From Candidatus Levyibacteriota bacterium (GTDB lineage: Bacteria; Patescibacteriota; Microgenomatia; Levybacterales; UBA12049), in the NCBI GenBank assembly GCA_052034235.1, contig JBPOIT010000009.1, forward strand, positions 72,203 to 136,202: a DNA stretch of 64,000 bases, written 5' to 3'. The number at the start of each line of letters is the position of its first letter. The stretch's first letter is position 1. The notes under the pieces were generated by a model, which was not told the origin of the DNA, searched no databases, and was given only the letters and a program-made list of their open reading frames with translations. Position numbers and translations under genes: made by a program. Shown piece by piece: positions 19,973 through 30,211 of this stretch.

Positions 19973-21295
19973 TTAATTAAATAATTGTTTTCGCAATTCT
20001 TCCCTCGCATCATGGGAAATAATTTCAATTGGTAACATAATTTGATTACTGGCGGTGATCTGAATGACGTCAAACGTGTGTTGTTTTTTTGGATCGTCAA
20101 GTTCAATTGTATAGATACCTTTTGCGAGAGGCGTTGCTGAAGCAAATTGTCCAAGGGCGTTTGTTTTAAACGCACGGACAGGATTACCATCTTTGTCTTT
20201 TACTTCGACAAGCATGTTTGGCAAGATGTTCCCACGAGGATCTTTGACAATTCCCACAACAACGTTTGGTGTATCTGAAATGTTTGGCAAGTCGACTTTT
20301 TTAGCGGGCGCCTGCGGTACCGTTTTCGCATACTGGGAAGCTGGAATTGCAACTGGTGAAGGTGCAGCGGCTGGAATTGGGGTTGGTGCAGCGGCTGCAA
20401 CAACCGGTTGTGCTACAACAGCAGGTTGCACAACTGTTGGTTGTGCTTTTTGTGCTACTAACTGGGATTGTAATTGTTGGATTTCCTGTTCCAATTTGAG
20501 TTTTTGCGTGTGAATCTCCTGAATTTGAGTTTCGAGAGTGGTAACTTTCTCGTGCGCTGCCGGAGCATGTGTTATATTTTCTTCCTGTTTTGCTGTTTGC
20601 AGTTCGTTTTGAAGCTGGTTCTCTTTTTGAGTCAATGATTGCTCTTTTTCCTGCTGGCCAGTAGCCGGCGTTTGCGTAGGTACAACAAGTGGTATTGCGA
20701 CAGCTGCCACTGTTGGTTTCATAGCGATGGGTTTTAAAGCTGGAGTAGGAGAGGCAGTCTGGGCAACAGAGTTTGTGACAGTTGGTAGTGATAATGAGCT
20801 AAGCATCGCTTGTTCCTTCTTATCGAGAGAGTTACTGCTCTGACTATGAGAATTTCGTAAAAATGCCTGCAATTGTGCTGCTTTTATGTCCACACCAGCT
20901 TGTTTTACTGATGCGGTTGTACTTTGTTTGGCGGGTTCTCCCTCAGCGGCAAGTGCAACTTTTGTATAGTTTACCGTCGAAAAACTGAATCTCCTACCAG
21001 TTTTTTTGTATATATATTGATTTGGAGAAAAAATTGCCTTAAAAAAGTTTCCTGCCATGACATCAACAGGTCTTCCTTCAATCGGAACAAATGCAATAAA
21101 CGCCCCACTACCCCCAAGGATTGGAATTAAAAGTACTTTTGTGAGTATTCCAAATATACCAGGCAGGGGTAAATAATAAAGAACAAAGGCCATAATAACA
21201 CCACTCGCGACGTAGCCAAATTGCTTGACGGTCATGGTACCGATGAGTTTAAACTGAAAACCTGTTACGTCTTGTGGAATTGGATGCTGATCCAT
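19973..21295 (-). CDS. PrgI/VirB3-like protein with coiled coil and C-terminal carboxypeptidase-regulatory-like domain
   Basis: QHPIPQDVTGFQFKLIGTMTVKQF, two TMs, GRP motif; C-terminal GIVKD..GN...VEVKD..G.PVRAFKTN. Confidence 0.75.
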   Translation of the reverse strand: MDQHPIPQDVTGFQFKLIGTMTVKQFGYVASGVIMAFVLYYLPLPGIFGILTKVLLIPILGGSGAFIAFVPIEGRPVDVMAGNFFKAIFSPNQYIYKKTGRRFSFSTVNYTKVALAAEGEPAKQSTTASVKQAGVDIKAAQLQAFLRNSHSQSSNSLDKKEQAMLSSLSLPTVTNSVAQTASPTPALKPIAMKPTVAAVAIPLVVPTQTPATGQQEKEQSLTQKENQLQNELQTAKQEENITHAPAAHEKVTTLETQIQEIHTQKLKLEQEIQQLQSQLVAQKAQPTVVQPAVVAQPVVAAAAPTPIPAAAPSPVAIPASQYAKTVPQAPAKKVDLPNISDTPNVVVGIVKDPRGNILPNMLVEVKDKDGNPVRAFKTNALGQFASATPLAKGIYTIELDDPKKQHTFDVIQITASNQIMLPIEIISHDAREELRKQLFN

Positions 21296-21447
21296 ATAAA
21301 TAAACACAAACAGAATCTGCACTCATAGGTGCTTTACTGTTGCTAAAAGTGTATAACGTGAAAAATTTGATTGCAACTCCAACAAAGTGGGTCAAACAAC
21401 ATAGACATTTGAGGCTAATCGTGAAAAGGGGTGTTTTAGAGAGGGTG

Positions 21448-21852
21448 TTACTGACAGCCTCCAGTAGCTACAAGTTCTAGGTTTGTAATACAGTCGGAAG
21501 ATCCTGTGAGGAATCCTATAAAGTAAATAATTGCAAATGAGCCGAGAACAAGTATTACTCCCAGAACTGCAAAGGTTAGAATCTTACGTGCTTCCTGAGT
21601 TGCTTTTTGATCACCACCTGAATTAATAAATTTAACTCCTCCATAAATAAACATAACTGTTGCGGCAGCTCCAACGAACATAAGTGCTCCTGCAACTAAG
21701 TTATTAAAGAGAACAGGTATACAGCGCAGTGTTGCTACCTTGCTCTTTGCATCAACACAGTTTCCCCAGTCCTGGAATTGTGCTTGAACTGGAGTGGCAA
21801 CCACAGTAAGAAAAAAAGCTGTCAGTAGTGACAGAACAAGTAGCTTTTTCAT
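21448..21852 (-). CDS. TrbC/VirB2-like pilin
   Basis: signal peptide, two hydrophobic helices around IYGGVKFINSGGDQK...ARKILT. Confidence 0.8.
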   Translation of the reverse strand: MKKLLVLSLLTAFFLTVVATPVQAQFQDWGNCVDAKSKVATLRCIPVLFNNLVAGALMFVGAAATVMFIYGGVKFINSGGDQKATQEARKILTFAVLGVILVLGSFAIIYFIGFLTGSSDCITNLELVATGGCQ

Positions 21853-21871
21853 AGATTAGGCTTGCGCGATT

Positions 21872-22291
21872 TTATGCGGCGGTAGGAATCTTAGGAAGGA
21901 CTAGATTTGTAAGACTTAGTCCGAAGAAACTCAAGACTACTGAGAGGATAAAGAAGGCGAGGAATGCGATAATTAAACCAACAATTGCGGCGATGACTGT
22001 TTTTCTTGCTTCATCAACTTTGCCTTTGTCACCACCTGAAGTTACCCATCGAAGACCACCGTAGATAAGGAAGAAGAGGGCAATGATTGCAACGATAATA
22101 AGGAGGAATGTTACAATTGCACCAATAATAGCCCCAAGATTGCCTGCTTCAAGGTTGCAAAGAGCTTGAAAGTTGGAATCGATTGTTGTACATGGATCGA
22201 CACTACCTGTCGCAAATGTTGGGAATGCTAGTCCTAAAAAGACTGCTCCGGATGCTGCTGTTGCTGAAAGTGTTGTTAGTAATTTTTTCAT
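21872..22291 (-). CDS. TrbC/VirB2-like pilin
   Basis: LIYGGLRWVTSGGDKGKVDEARKTVIAAIVGL. Confidence 0.85.
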   Translation of the reverse strand: MKKLLTTLSATAASGAVFLGLAFPTFATGSVDPCTTIDSNFQALCNLEAGNLGAIIGAIVTFLLIIVAIIALFFLIYGGLRWVTSGGDKGKVDEARKTVIAAIVGLIIAFLAFFILSVVLSFFGLSLTNLVLPKIPTAA

Positions 22292-22367
22292 GTTTATTTT
22301 CTCTATACTCATCATATGCTACTTTTTTTATTGTTGTCAATAGATCAAAATAAGTCAGTATTTTTCT

Positions 22368-22697
22368 TTACAACTTTATGTTGAAGAATGAACCTAAAAT
22401 GTTGACAAACATAAAAGACAAAAGCACAATAACAAGTCCGACAATTGACCAGGTAAGCCGTGCTCGTGCTGATGCAACTTTTGCTTTATCTCCAGCTGAT
22501 GATGTCCATTGAATGCCAGCGCGTACTATCGAAATAAGGCAGAGGACGATCGCAATAATAACAAAGATTGTAATACCTCCTCCGACCGCTTGTTCAAGTC
22601 GTGCTTCTCCACCTTGAGGAATCGATTTCGGGGCATTAATCTGAACTCCCGGTTGTCCATCCGCACCAGGAAGTGTTAGCGTAATATATTCAACCAT
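22368..22697 (-). CDS. TrbC/VirB2-like pilin
   Basis: RAGIQWTSSAGDKAKVASARARLTWSIVGL. Confidence 0.8.
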   Translation of the reverse strand: MVEYITLTLPGADGQPGVQINAPKSIPQGGEARLEQAVGGGITIFVIIAIVLCLISIVRAGIQWTSSAGDKAKVASARARLTWSIVGLVIVLLSFMFVNILGSFFNIKL

Positions 22698-22787
22698 ACT
22701 TATACCGTACAAACTTTTTTTTATAAAAGCAAGAGCGCAAATATTCCGAATTGAAGATTGTATATATTACGGGTACAATAAATTTGT

Positions 22788-24122
22788 ATGATTCAAGATC
22801 ATTTAGAAGCCCAATATCCAAGTGACAGCCGGGAGGAAGAAATTAGCAAAATTTTTGCCTTTGCCGCGGAAGGGAATTCGTGTCAGATTATTGGTATTCC
22901 AGGAACCGGAAGAACAAGCCTCCTCGAAATACTTGCATATAACAAAGAACTTCAAAAGAAACATTTAACGAATTTAGAAATGAAACCTCATTTCGTTATG
23001 GTTAATTTTTCTGAAATCAGGAATCGATCTTTGTTTGATGCCATGAAATTTATGTTTCTCAATCTTACGGAGTCACTTCGTGAAGAGAAAATGCCTGAGG
23101 AGCATAAAGTTGTCGGCGATAAATTTAGAGAACATTTGCAATTTCAGGATGAGCTGATACTTTTTCAAGGATTTAAAGAAGCTGTTGATTATATGGCAAA
23201 TGAAAAGAAAATAACTCTTGTCTTTTTGTTTGATCGTTTTGAAGAATATATTCCAATAGTCACAAGTGGATTCTTTACGAATTTACGGGTGCTTCGTAGT
23301 AATGCAAAATATCATTTTTCAATAGTTTTTTCACTGCCACGACCATTAGAATCACTCCTTGAACCTTCTCTTCTATCGGACTATTACGAATTCGTTGCAG
23401 ATAGGCATATTTATCTTAATCTTTATGATGTTCCATCGACCAGTTTCCGTTTATCTTACATAGAAAAGATTACCAGTAAAAAACTAGATAAGAAAGTGTT
23501 TGAAGAAATAGTCGGCATGACGGGTGGTCTTGGAAAACTGACAAAACTTGCTGTTGAGGCTGTTCTGGCAAATAATGGAACGCCTGAACGATTGCAGGAT
23601 TTTTTGCTTGCACAAAAGACTATACGGGCAGGACTTCGTGATATTTGGCAGACATTATCTCCTGCTGAGCAAGCAGATCTTCTTGAGAAGAAATTTGAAG
23701 ATCCAGATGTCGCAGTATATTTGGAACAAGTTGGCTTGATAAAAGATAAGCATATACAAATCCCATTAATAGCTGCATTTATCGACACTTTTGCAAATGA
23801 GCAATCAGCTGAAGCTCAAAAAATTGTTTATGATGAAAATACAAACACTATAAAAAAAGGTTCAGTAACACTTTCTGACCAGCTAACGTCATCTGAATTC
23901 CGATTACTCAGATATCTTTTGCAAAACCAGGAAAAGGTAGTTGAGAGAGATGAACTTATTGGTGTCGTGTGGCAGGGGAATAAATCGACGGCAGGTATTA
24001 CAGACCAGGCAGTTGATCAGCTCGTATTTCGTGTTCGTCGCAAAATTGAAGAAGACCCCAACAATCCTCAACACCTGCAGACTGTAAAGGGTCGCGGGTT
24101 TAAATTTGTTTCTTCAATGTAG
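22788..24122 (+). CDS. P-loop ATPase domain fused to a C-terminal OmpR-type winged-helix DNA-binding domain
   Basis: GIPGTGRT (Walker A with R for K), FLFDRFE, LTSSEFRLL...VDQLVFRVRRKIEEDP..P.HLQTVKGRGF. Confidence 0.8.
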   Translation: MIQDHLEAQYPSDSREEEISKIFAFAAEGNSCQIIGIPGTGRTSLLEILAYNKELQKKHLTNLEMKPHFVMVNFSEIRNRSLFDAMKFMFLNLTESLREEKMPEEHKVVGDKFREHLQFQDELILFQGFKEAVDYMANEKKITLVFLFDRFEEYIPIVTSGFFTNLRVLRSNAKYHFSIVFSLPRPLESLLEPSLLSDYYEFVADRHIYLNLYDVPSTSFRLSYIEKITSKKLDKKVFEEIVGMTGGLGKLTKLAVEAVLANNGTPERLQDFLLAQKTIRAGLRDIWQTLSPAEQADLLEKKFEDPDVAVYLEQVGLIKDKHIQIPLIAAFIDTFANEQSAEAQKIVYDENTNTIKKGSVTLSDQLTSSEFRLLRYLLQNQEKVVERDELIGVVWQGNKSTAGITDQAVDQLVFRVRRKIEEDPNNPQHLQTVKGRGFKFVSSM

Positions 24123-24187
24123 TTGTAAGCTTTTTGTTACCCCAATATAAAGCAGTTTTTAACTGAGACACGTAAAATAGCCTCATT

Positions 24188-27100
24188 ATGAGTAATCCAA
24201 ACGAAGAAGAAAAATTGACACCAAGTTCGGCGAAAGGCTATGATGGAGATAGTACTCAAATGGCTGAAAAACCTGAAATTGAAAATTCTGATGAAGAAAG
24301 AGATCCTCACGATAGTGAGGTAGACCCTCATGGAGAAGATAAACCGGAAACGAATGAACAGCAAAATACAGAGACGAAAAAAAATACTATTGCTGAAATG
24401 TTTAGTGCACTTCTTTCCTCAGTAAATCCTGAGAATGGTGGTCCGGAAGATAAAATCTTCAAAACAGTTGTTGAGGCAGTTACAGACGCAACTTCAAAAA
24501 ATAAGAATCCCAATAAAGCAATTGCTGAAGTAATGAGCTCATTTCTTCTTCCCAATAAGCCAGCTGCAGATTCTACGGAGGAAGAGTTGGAAGGAACAAA
24601 AAAAGCGAGAGTGGTTTTTGATACCATTCTTGAGAGTGCAGAGGAAGCACATCTTGATTCAAAAGCAATTTTAAAAGAGCTTGCAGGTATCGCTAAAGAA
24701 CAGCAGGAAGAACTACCTACAACGGCTCAAGATAGATATGTAGTATTTGAGCAGCATTTGAAAAAAACCCTTAATACTGCTTCTGACGAGGCACTTCAGA
24801 TTATGCACGAAGACCTGAAAAAACTTCGTGCAGAGATAGCCAATGACACCCAGCTCGATGAAGGCGTGTACGAAGCGGTTTTAGATTCGGAAACGCTTCT
24901 CGCAGAAGTGGTAGAAGTAAAAGAAGACACAGCAACGCAGGAATTTATAGAAATTCAACAGGCAAATGATAAAAAATTTGCTCAAGTTATCGTAACTGTT
25001 TTTGAATCAGTTGCAGAGACCCGATTCACAAATCTTACTCCTGGCAAAGAAGTTAATTTGCGAAAAGAAGAACAGCTGAAAGCAGATCATCTCATGAAAC
25101 TCTTATTGGCGAGTGATGATCCTAAGCAACAAAAGCAGGAATTAGTTGCAGCACTGCTGACGAGTTATCCAGTTGCAGGTTCAAGTGCTGAGCAGCAAGA
25201 AGCACTTGCAATGAGAGAACGAATCATGGGTTATGCAAAACTTGCCGGGTTGGACGAGAAAGCAATTTTAGACAATCAAGCGATTATTGCAGCTGAGGAT
25301 ATGCTTGTGTCAAAAACAGATGCAGTAAATGATTCTGAGTCTATAGTTGGGTCTGATCTCAATGCGTTTGAGAGAAAAGTTGAACAGCAAATTGCCAATG
25401 CTTCAGCGGAAAGAGTGAAAGAGATTCAGGATACATGGAAGGATTTACTAGAAAGTGTTGATCCCAATAGTGAAACGGCTCGTGAAGCTCTAGAAGCAAT
25501 CGCGGTGCTTGATAACATTATCCAACTAAAAGAAATGCAAGCAGCTCGAGATCGAGGGGAATCTGTTGATTTCAGTACACTTCCGGTGCCAAAGGAATAC
25601 AAACATAATGATCACGAAGCAAAAGAATCGGCAAGCAAAAGTGAATCTGATAAAGAATTAGCAGCTTTACTCGCCAAGCTTTTCTCACCGCTTCGTAAAG
25701 GTGACAAAGCAGAAGATTATGCGCTGGTAAGTGTAATTACCGATTTTATTCTTGCGTCAGAACATACCAAAGAAGAAAAAGAAGCACTAATTGCTGGTAT
25801 TGCCAAATGCTTCTCTCAAAAAGATACCCATACATCTGAAGCGAATGACATACCCTCCTATCTCCGAATATATGCGGATTCCGTGGCATTAGCTCAGCCA
25901 ACAGTTGATGCAGGAACATCAGAAAAAGAAGGACATGAAGACACACCTGAGTTATTGCAGAAACTTATCGAAGAAGCATTAGCTAAAGTTTCTCACAAAG
26001 ACCTTATTCAGTTAAAAGGTGCACTGGGCTTTGTTGCTATTAAAGAAAAACCTTCAGCTGAGATTAAAGAACAGATTACACAAACGATAGCTTTTATTAA
26101 TGCTCTGCCAACTGATAAAGAAAATGCAAAAAAAGCTGATGCATCACAGCGGCCTGTCGAGAAGCCAGAGAAAGCGATCAAAGCTGAAGATGCAGAGAAA
26201 ATAGAAGAAAGATTGGTTGAAGGCTCAATGCAGACAATAGAAGCAAAGAGGCAATCATTCTTCGAAGAGACGCACTTTATTAATGAAGAAAACAATATCG
26301 AGCGGTTTAATGTTGTGCGTTTAGAGAATTATGCAAACAACCTGAAGGATTTAGGTAGTCAACTCTCTGAGTCGGAGCTCAAGTCAGCTTATATGGCGCT
26401 GCAAAAACAGATAACACTTTCCAGAAGAGCTCCGGAATTTAATGGCAATTTTCATTTGGACGAAGTATTACACGTCAACGAGATTTCTAATGATGCGCTG
26501 CGTGATATCGTGGCTCGGTTGCGAGAAACAATGGCTCCTGCCGAGGTAATGAAGTTCATTAATGAGACAAAACGCTCGTTGAGAGATAATAAAGCATATA
26601 ACGAGCGACTTTCTCTACCTCCACGAGTTTACAATATGGAGCCAACGGTTGTTGAAGCTTCTGTTGGTAATCGATACTACGAACCCGGCTCGAGGTTTCA
26701 ATTAGGGAACGCTATTAACGAGATTCGTTCCATGTCCACGACGCCAGATCCTGCTTTGCCAGCAAATTTAGGATCTGATTATACAGAAATTGCAACAAAT
26801 ATAAAGACCCAACAGGAATTTTCTAATACGGCAGTATTGGAAGATCGTATGCATAAGCTTAACTCTCTGATGTCTGAAGGTATGAGAGCAGGTATCAATC
26901 TTAAGGACATGACACAGGCACAGGCTTTGGCGCAGCAATTACATGCACAGCGACAAGAAATAGCAGTAATGGAGCAAATGTATAAAGGTCAGATGGATGA
27001 ACGAACATATAAAGCTGAAGATGAAGCACTCTACGAAGGTTATATACATACAGCTCTTGGAGAACGGATTAAACGTATTCAAATCGAGTTGGAGATCAAA

Positions 27101-30100
27101 TCCGGATTGCGATCACGTACTTATGTTGATTCGAGTGGGAATACCCACACGCATAAGGTTCGAACAGACGAAGAGCTTATAGCTTATTACACAGAACTGC
27201 GAAAATGGGCAAAAATTCTTCTAAAAAATGATGTGCGAAATAATGCGGGTAAAGCAGGGCAAGAAGGGGCGCTTAATTTATCGAACGAACGGTTTAAGCG
27301 ATATAGTGACATTGTAAAAGCTCTCCCAGACTCTTTTGATCTTGCAAATGCGACGGATACTGCAGCTATGCTAAGTAACGTTAATTACATGTTTGATATA
27401 ACAACATCAGGAGGAGATTTTTTGCGCTACTTTATGAGAAATACGAAAAATCCAAAAGGAATTGATCCAGAGAAACATGACTCAATAGATTTTAATCCTC
27501 ATGAATTACTGGGGGTCGATTATCGCCATGCTGAAGGTACCAGTTCGTTCGGGTTGCCGAAATCTCTGGAGGATACCATGGCAATTATGGCAAGACAGTA
27601 CTCTACAGAGAAAATTAATTATAGAACTGGAGGAGATCACGAATTATTCGATGGGGAAGGAAATTTTAAATTCAACAATTTCTATTACCTCATTCGTGAA
27701 CAGATTCTGAACAATGATATCTTATATAACAAAGATGGACAGATTAACCCAATGCAAAAAATTACCGTAAAGGGTGATGCTTCATCAGTCTCTCTGGCAG
27801 AGTTATTGGTTTTAATGCCTGAATATTTATCCCAAAGAACGTTTGATATCGTTGTCGATAACGATGGAGACGTTACTTCAGGATGGGGGCGTCCAACAGA
27901 ACACCCTGAATTTACGTGGGCACAAGCACAACAGTTGGGTGCTGAAGTTGAATTTAGAATCATGACTCACGAAGCGAGAATTCAGTATGTCCAAGCGTCA
28001 CTTGCTGGGGATAAAGGGAAGTATTTGCAACTTATGGAGTATTTGCATAAATCAAATCATTGGGTTCGTGCGAATAATATTATGTGGCTGCTTGGTTTAC
28101 CATCAGCGGTAACAAATGGTTCGCAGGAAATTATAGATGTCGTTGGTCCCAAAGAAACCCAAGGCACACTCGGAAAAGCAGTGAGCGATATGCTCGTTGG
28201 GTATAATTATATAAATGAAGTCTCAAAATATTACAAACATGCAAATGGGGAAGAGAAAACCTTCAATGAAAACATGTTTTATAGATTTTGGGAACCAAAT
28301 GGCGCAAATAAATTTCTTGTAACTATGACTGAAGAGACATTAAATAACTACAGTGACGCCAAAAGAGAATATGGGCGATTTATTCAGGAGCGCATACAGG
28401 CGGCAGCAGTGAGGGCTCGCTCTCTTGCGGGAGGAGATGCTGTCAAACTCGAAAAAATTGACCGCCAACTACAAGACCAAACACAAGCAATTCAGGCGGA
28501 AATGGATAAACAAAATGTAGGACTTGATATTCGGTTTACCAAAGACAGTCATTTAATGAAATTTTTACAATATACAGAAAAAGAAGTGTTGGGAAGGAAA
28601 TTCCGTAATAAAAAAGAAGAAGAAGAGTATTTCAAATTTACGGTGCGTGATGATCTCCTTGATAATTTAAAAGGCGGTTTGTTTACAAAATTAGCTGATA
28701 TGCAAGTTCATGAACTTGATACACTTGTAGATAAAAATAATAAGACCAAAGATCGTCCTGATACCTATCTTTTTCTTCGGGCAAAACAGAATAAAATGCG
28801 CTTTGGGGACATACGTTTTGATGGGCAGACGATAGAAGAGTTGTTAAACGACTTTAACCCTGAGCAAATCAAACGGTTTGATTACACAAACAAGGCAGAT
28901 GATCCACGAAATCACTTCAGTGCTTTCGCAAATGATCCTGATCGATTGCGAAGAGAATTGGATACGTATATGGATGCGAAAATTAATCCAGAGAATTACA
29001 AGTTCTTTAAACATAACGAAAAAATGATGCTTGCCTTTCTCAAACATGTAACGCGAATTGATCGGGCATGGCTTAATCATTTCCGTGATATTCCGGAGAA
29101 TGAAGTTGTAAAAGATATGGAGAAACGCGCAATGGAAGAATGTGTACAGCTAGTCCATGGTGTTGATGACATAGAAGCGACATACGCATGGTGGCAAGCA
29201 CGAGATTATATCTATATTTGGGGAATTGGTGATTGGTTGGATGATAGTGGTATCGGATTCAGAACTGGTGGTAAACTTTTTCATACTGGCAAATGGCGTG
29301 CACATAGAGGTGGCAAAGACGGTGCTGGGAATAAAGACACCTTCGACGAATTTGGAGCAGTGGCGCTACCCTTCTTAAACACTATTCAAATTCATGATAT
29401 AGAAGGGCATCAAGAGCTTGGGCATCAAAGTATTTTTAGTTTACTACAAGGCGGGCATGGCTATAATATTACACCACGTGCTGCACGTGAGTTTAAACCA
29501 CGTAGTCGGTACTCGATAGCGCATGATTCTGAAGAGTTATATGTCGCAAATATGCTTTCAAACGCAGCAGAACTTGCAGATTTACTCTCAACGACGGAAG
29601 TTGACTTTACGAATATTGTTGCGACAGATCCTTTGGGTAATATTGTTTTTGATTATGGAAAAGCACGAGAGCTGTTTAAAAAATGGCGTAAAGCTATCAG
29701 ATATTCATATCAAAAAAACGGTATTGATTATCGCGAGAAAATCTGGGTTGACGGACAGGAGAAAACCCTGTATGAATTTTGTTTTGGTAAAAAAACACGT
29801 GCAATTAATGAACTGATCAGACAAGAAACTGGTCGCTCTATTGACGATATGTTTCGTGATACGGCAGATGCTGTTATGGCATCAATTATTGCTGCTGAAG
29901 TCTATGAACACAGGAAAATGCATTTGAGTGGCCATCACTGGACAATCGAGAATGTGATTGAACTCGAAAAAGTTATCCGGGAGTTTATGGATGAGTCTGA
30001 TTTAGAAGAAGACGAACATGGAGATGTTGAGCTCGTGCGTAAAGGCAATGCCTTCACAAAAAAAGTCTTCAGCGGCGCACTGAAAGCATATCATACAAGT

Positions 30101-30211
30101 TATGAAAAAATGTATATGGCAGAATTGAATTCATCTTTCTGGGGAGGTTTGTTCGCAGGCTTATGGGCAGGATTGAATGCCTCACTCACGAAAGGGAAAT
30201 GGATATATTAG
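24188..30211 (+). CDS. 2007-aa hypothetical protein (acidic helical N-terminal half, hydrophobic C-terminal tail)
   Basis: uninterrupted 6-kb ORF; no recognisable motif. Confidence 0.85.
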   Translation: MSNPNEEEKLTPSSAKGYDGDSTQMAEKPEIENSDEERDPHDSEVDPHGEDKPETNEQQNTETKKNTIAEMFSALLSSVNPENGGPEDKIFKTVVEAVTDATSKNKNPNKAIAEVMSSFLLPNKPAADSTEEELEGTKKARVVFDTILESAEEAHLDSKAILKELAGIAKEQQEELPTTAQDRYVVFEQHLKKTLNTASDEALQIMHEDLKKLRAEIANDTQLDEGVYEAVLDSETLLAEVVEVKEDTATQEFIEIQQANDKKFAQVIVTVFESVAETRFTNLTPGKEVNLRKEEQLKADHLMKLLLASDDPKQQKQELVAALLTSYPVAGSSAEQQEALAMRERIMGYAKLAGLDEKAILDNQAIIAAEDMLVSKTDAVNDSESIVGSDLNAFERKVEQQIANASAERVKEIQDTWKDLLESVDPNSETAREALEAIAVLDNIIQLKEMQAARDRGESVDFSTLPVPKEYKHNDHEAKESASKSESDKELAALLAKLFSPLRKGDKAEDYALVSVITDFILASEHTKEEKEALIAGIAKCFSQKDTHTSEANDIPSYLRIYADSVALAQPTVDAGTSEKEGHEDTPELLQKLIEEALAKVSHKDLIQLKGALGFVAIKEKPSAEIKEQITQTIAFINALPTDKENAKKADASQRPVEKPEKAIKAEDAEKIEERLVEGSMQTIEAKRQSFFEETHFINEENNIERFNVVRLENYANNLKDLGSQLSESELKSAYMALQKQITLSRRAPEFNGNFHLDEVLHVNEISNDALRDIVARLRETMAPAEVMKFINETKRSLRDNKAYNERLSLPPRVYNMEPTVVEASVGNRYYEPGSRFQLGNAINEIRSMSTTPDPALPANLGSDYTEIATNIKTQQEFSNTAVLEDRMHKLNSLMSEGMRAGINLKDMTQAQALAQQLHAQRQEIAVMEQMYKGQMDERTYKAEDEALYEGYIHTALGERIKRIQIELEIKSGLRSRTYVDSSGNTHTHKVRTDEELIAYYTELRKWAKILLKNDVRNNAGKAGQEGALNLSNERFKRYSDIVKALPDSFDLANATDTAAMLSNVNYMFDITTSGGDFLRYFMRNTKNPKGIDPEKHDSIDFNPHELLGVDYRHAEGTSSFGLPKSLEDTMAIMARQYSTEKINYRTGGDHELFDGEGNFKFNNFYYLIREQILNNDILYNKDGQINPMQKITVKGDASSVSLAELLVLMPEYLSQRTFDIVVDNDGDVTSGWGRPTEHPEFTWAQAQQLGAEVEFRIMTHEARIQYVQASLAGDKGKYLQLMEYLHKSNHWVRANNIMWLLGLPSAVTNGSQEIIDVVGPKETQGTLGKAVSDMLVGYNYINEVSKYYKHANGEEKTFNENMFYRFWEPNGANKFLVTMTEETLNNYSDAKREYGRFIQERIQAAAVRARSLAGGDAVKLEKIDRQLQDQTQAIQAEMDKQNVGLDIRFTKDSHLMKFLQYTEKEVLGRKFRNKKEEEEYFKFTVRDDLLDNLKGGLFTKLADMQVHELDTLVDKNNKTKDRPDTYLFLRAKQNKMRFGDIRFDGQTIEELLNDFNPEQIKRFDYTNKADDPRNHFSAFANDPDRLRRELDTYMDAKINPENYKFFKHNEKMMLAFLKHVTRIDRAWLNHFRDIPENEVVKDMEKRAMEECVQLVHGVDDIEATYAWWQARDYIYIWGIGDWLDDSGIGFRTGGKLFHTGKWRAHRGGKDGAGNKDTFDEFGAVALPFLNTIQIHDIEGHQELGHQSIFSLLQGGHGYNITPRAAREFKPRSRYSIAHDSEELYVANMLSNAAELADLLSTTEVDFTNIVATDPLGNIVFDYGKARELFKKWRKAIRYSYQKNGIDYREKIWVDGQEKTLYEFCFGKKTRAINELIRQETGRSIDDMFRDTADAVMASIIAAEVYEHRKMHLSGHHWTIENVIELEKVIREFMDESDLEEDEHGDVELVRKGNAFTKKVFSGALKAYHTSYEKMYMAELNSSFWGGLFAGLWAGLNASLTKGKWIY

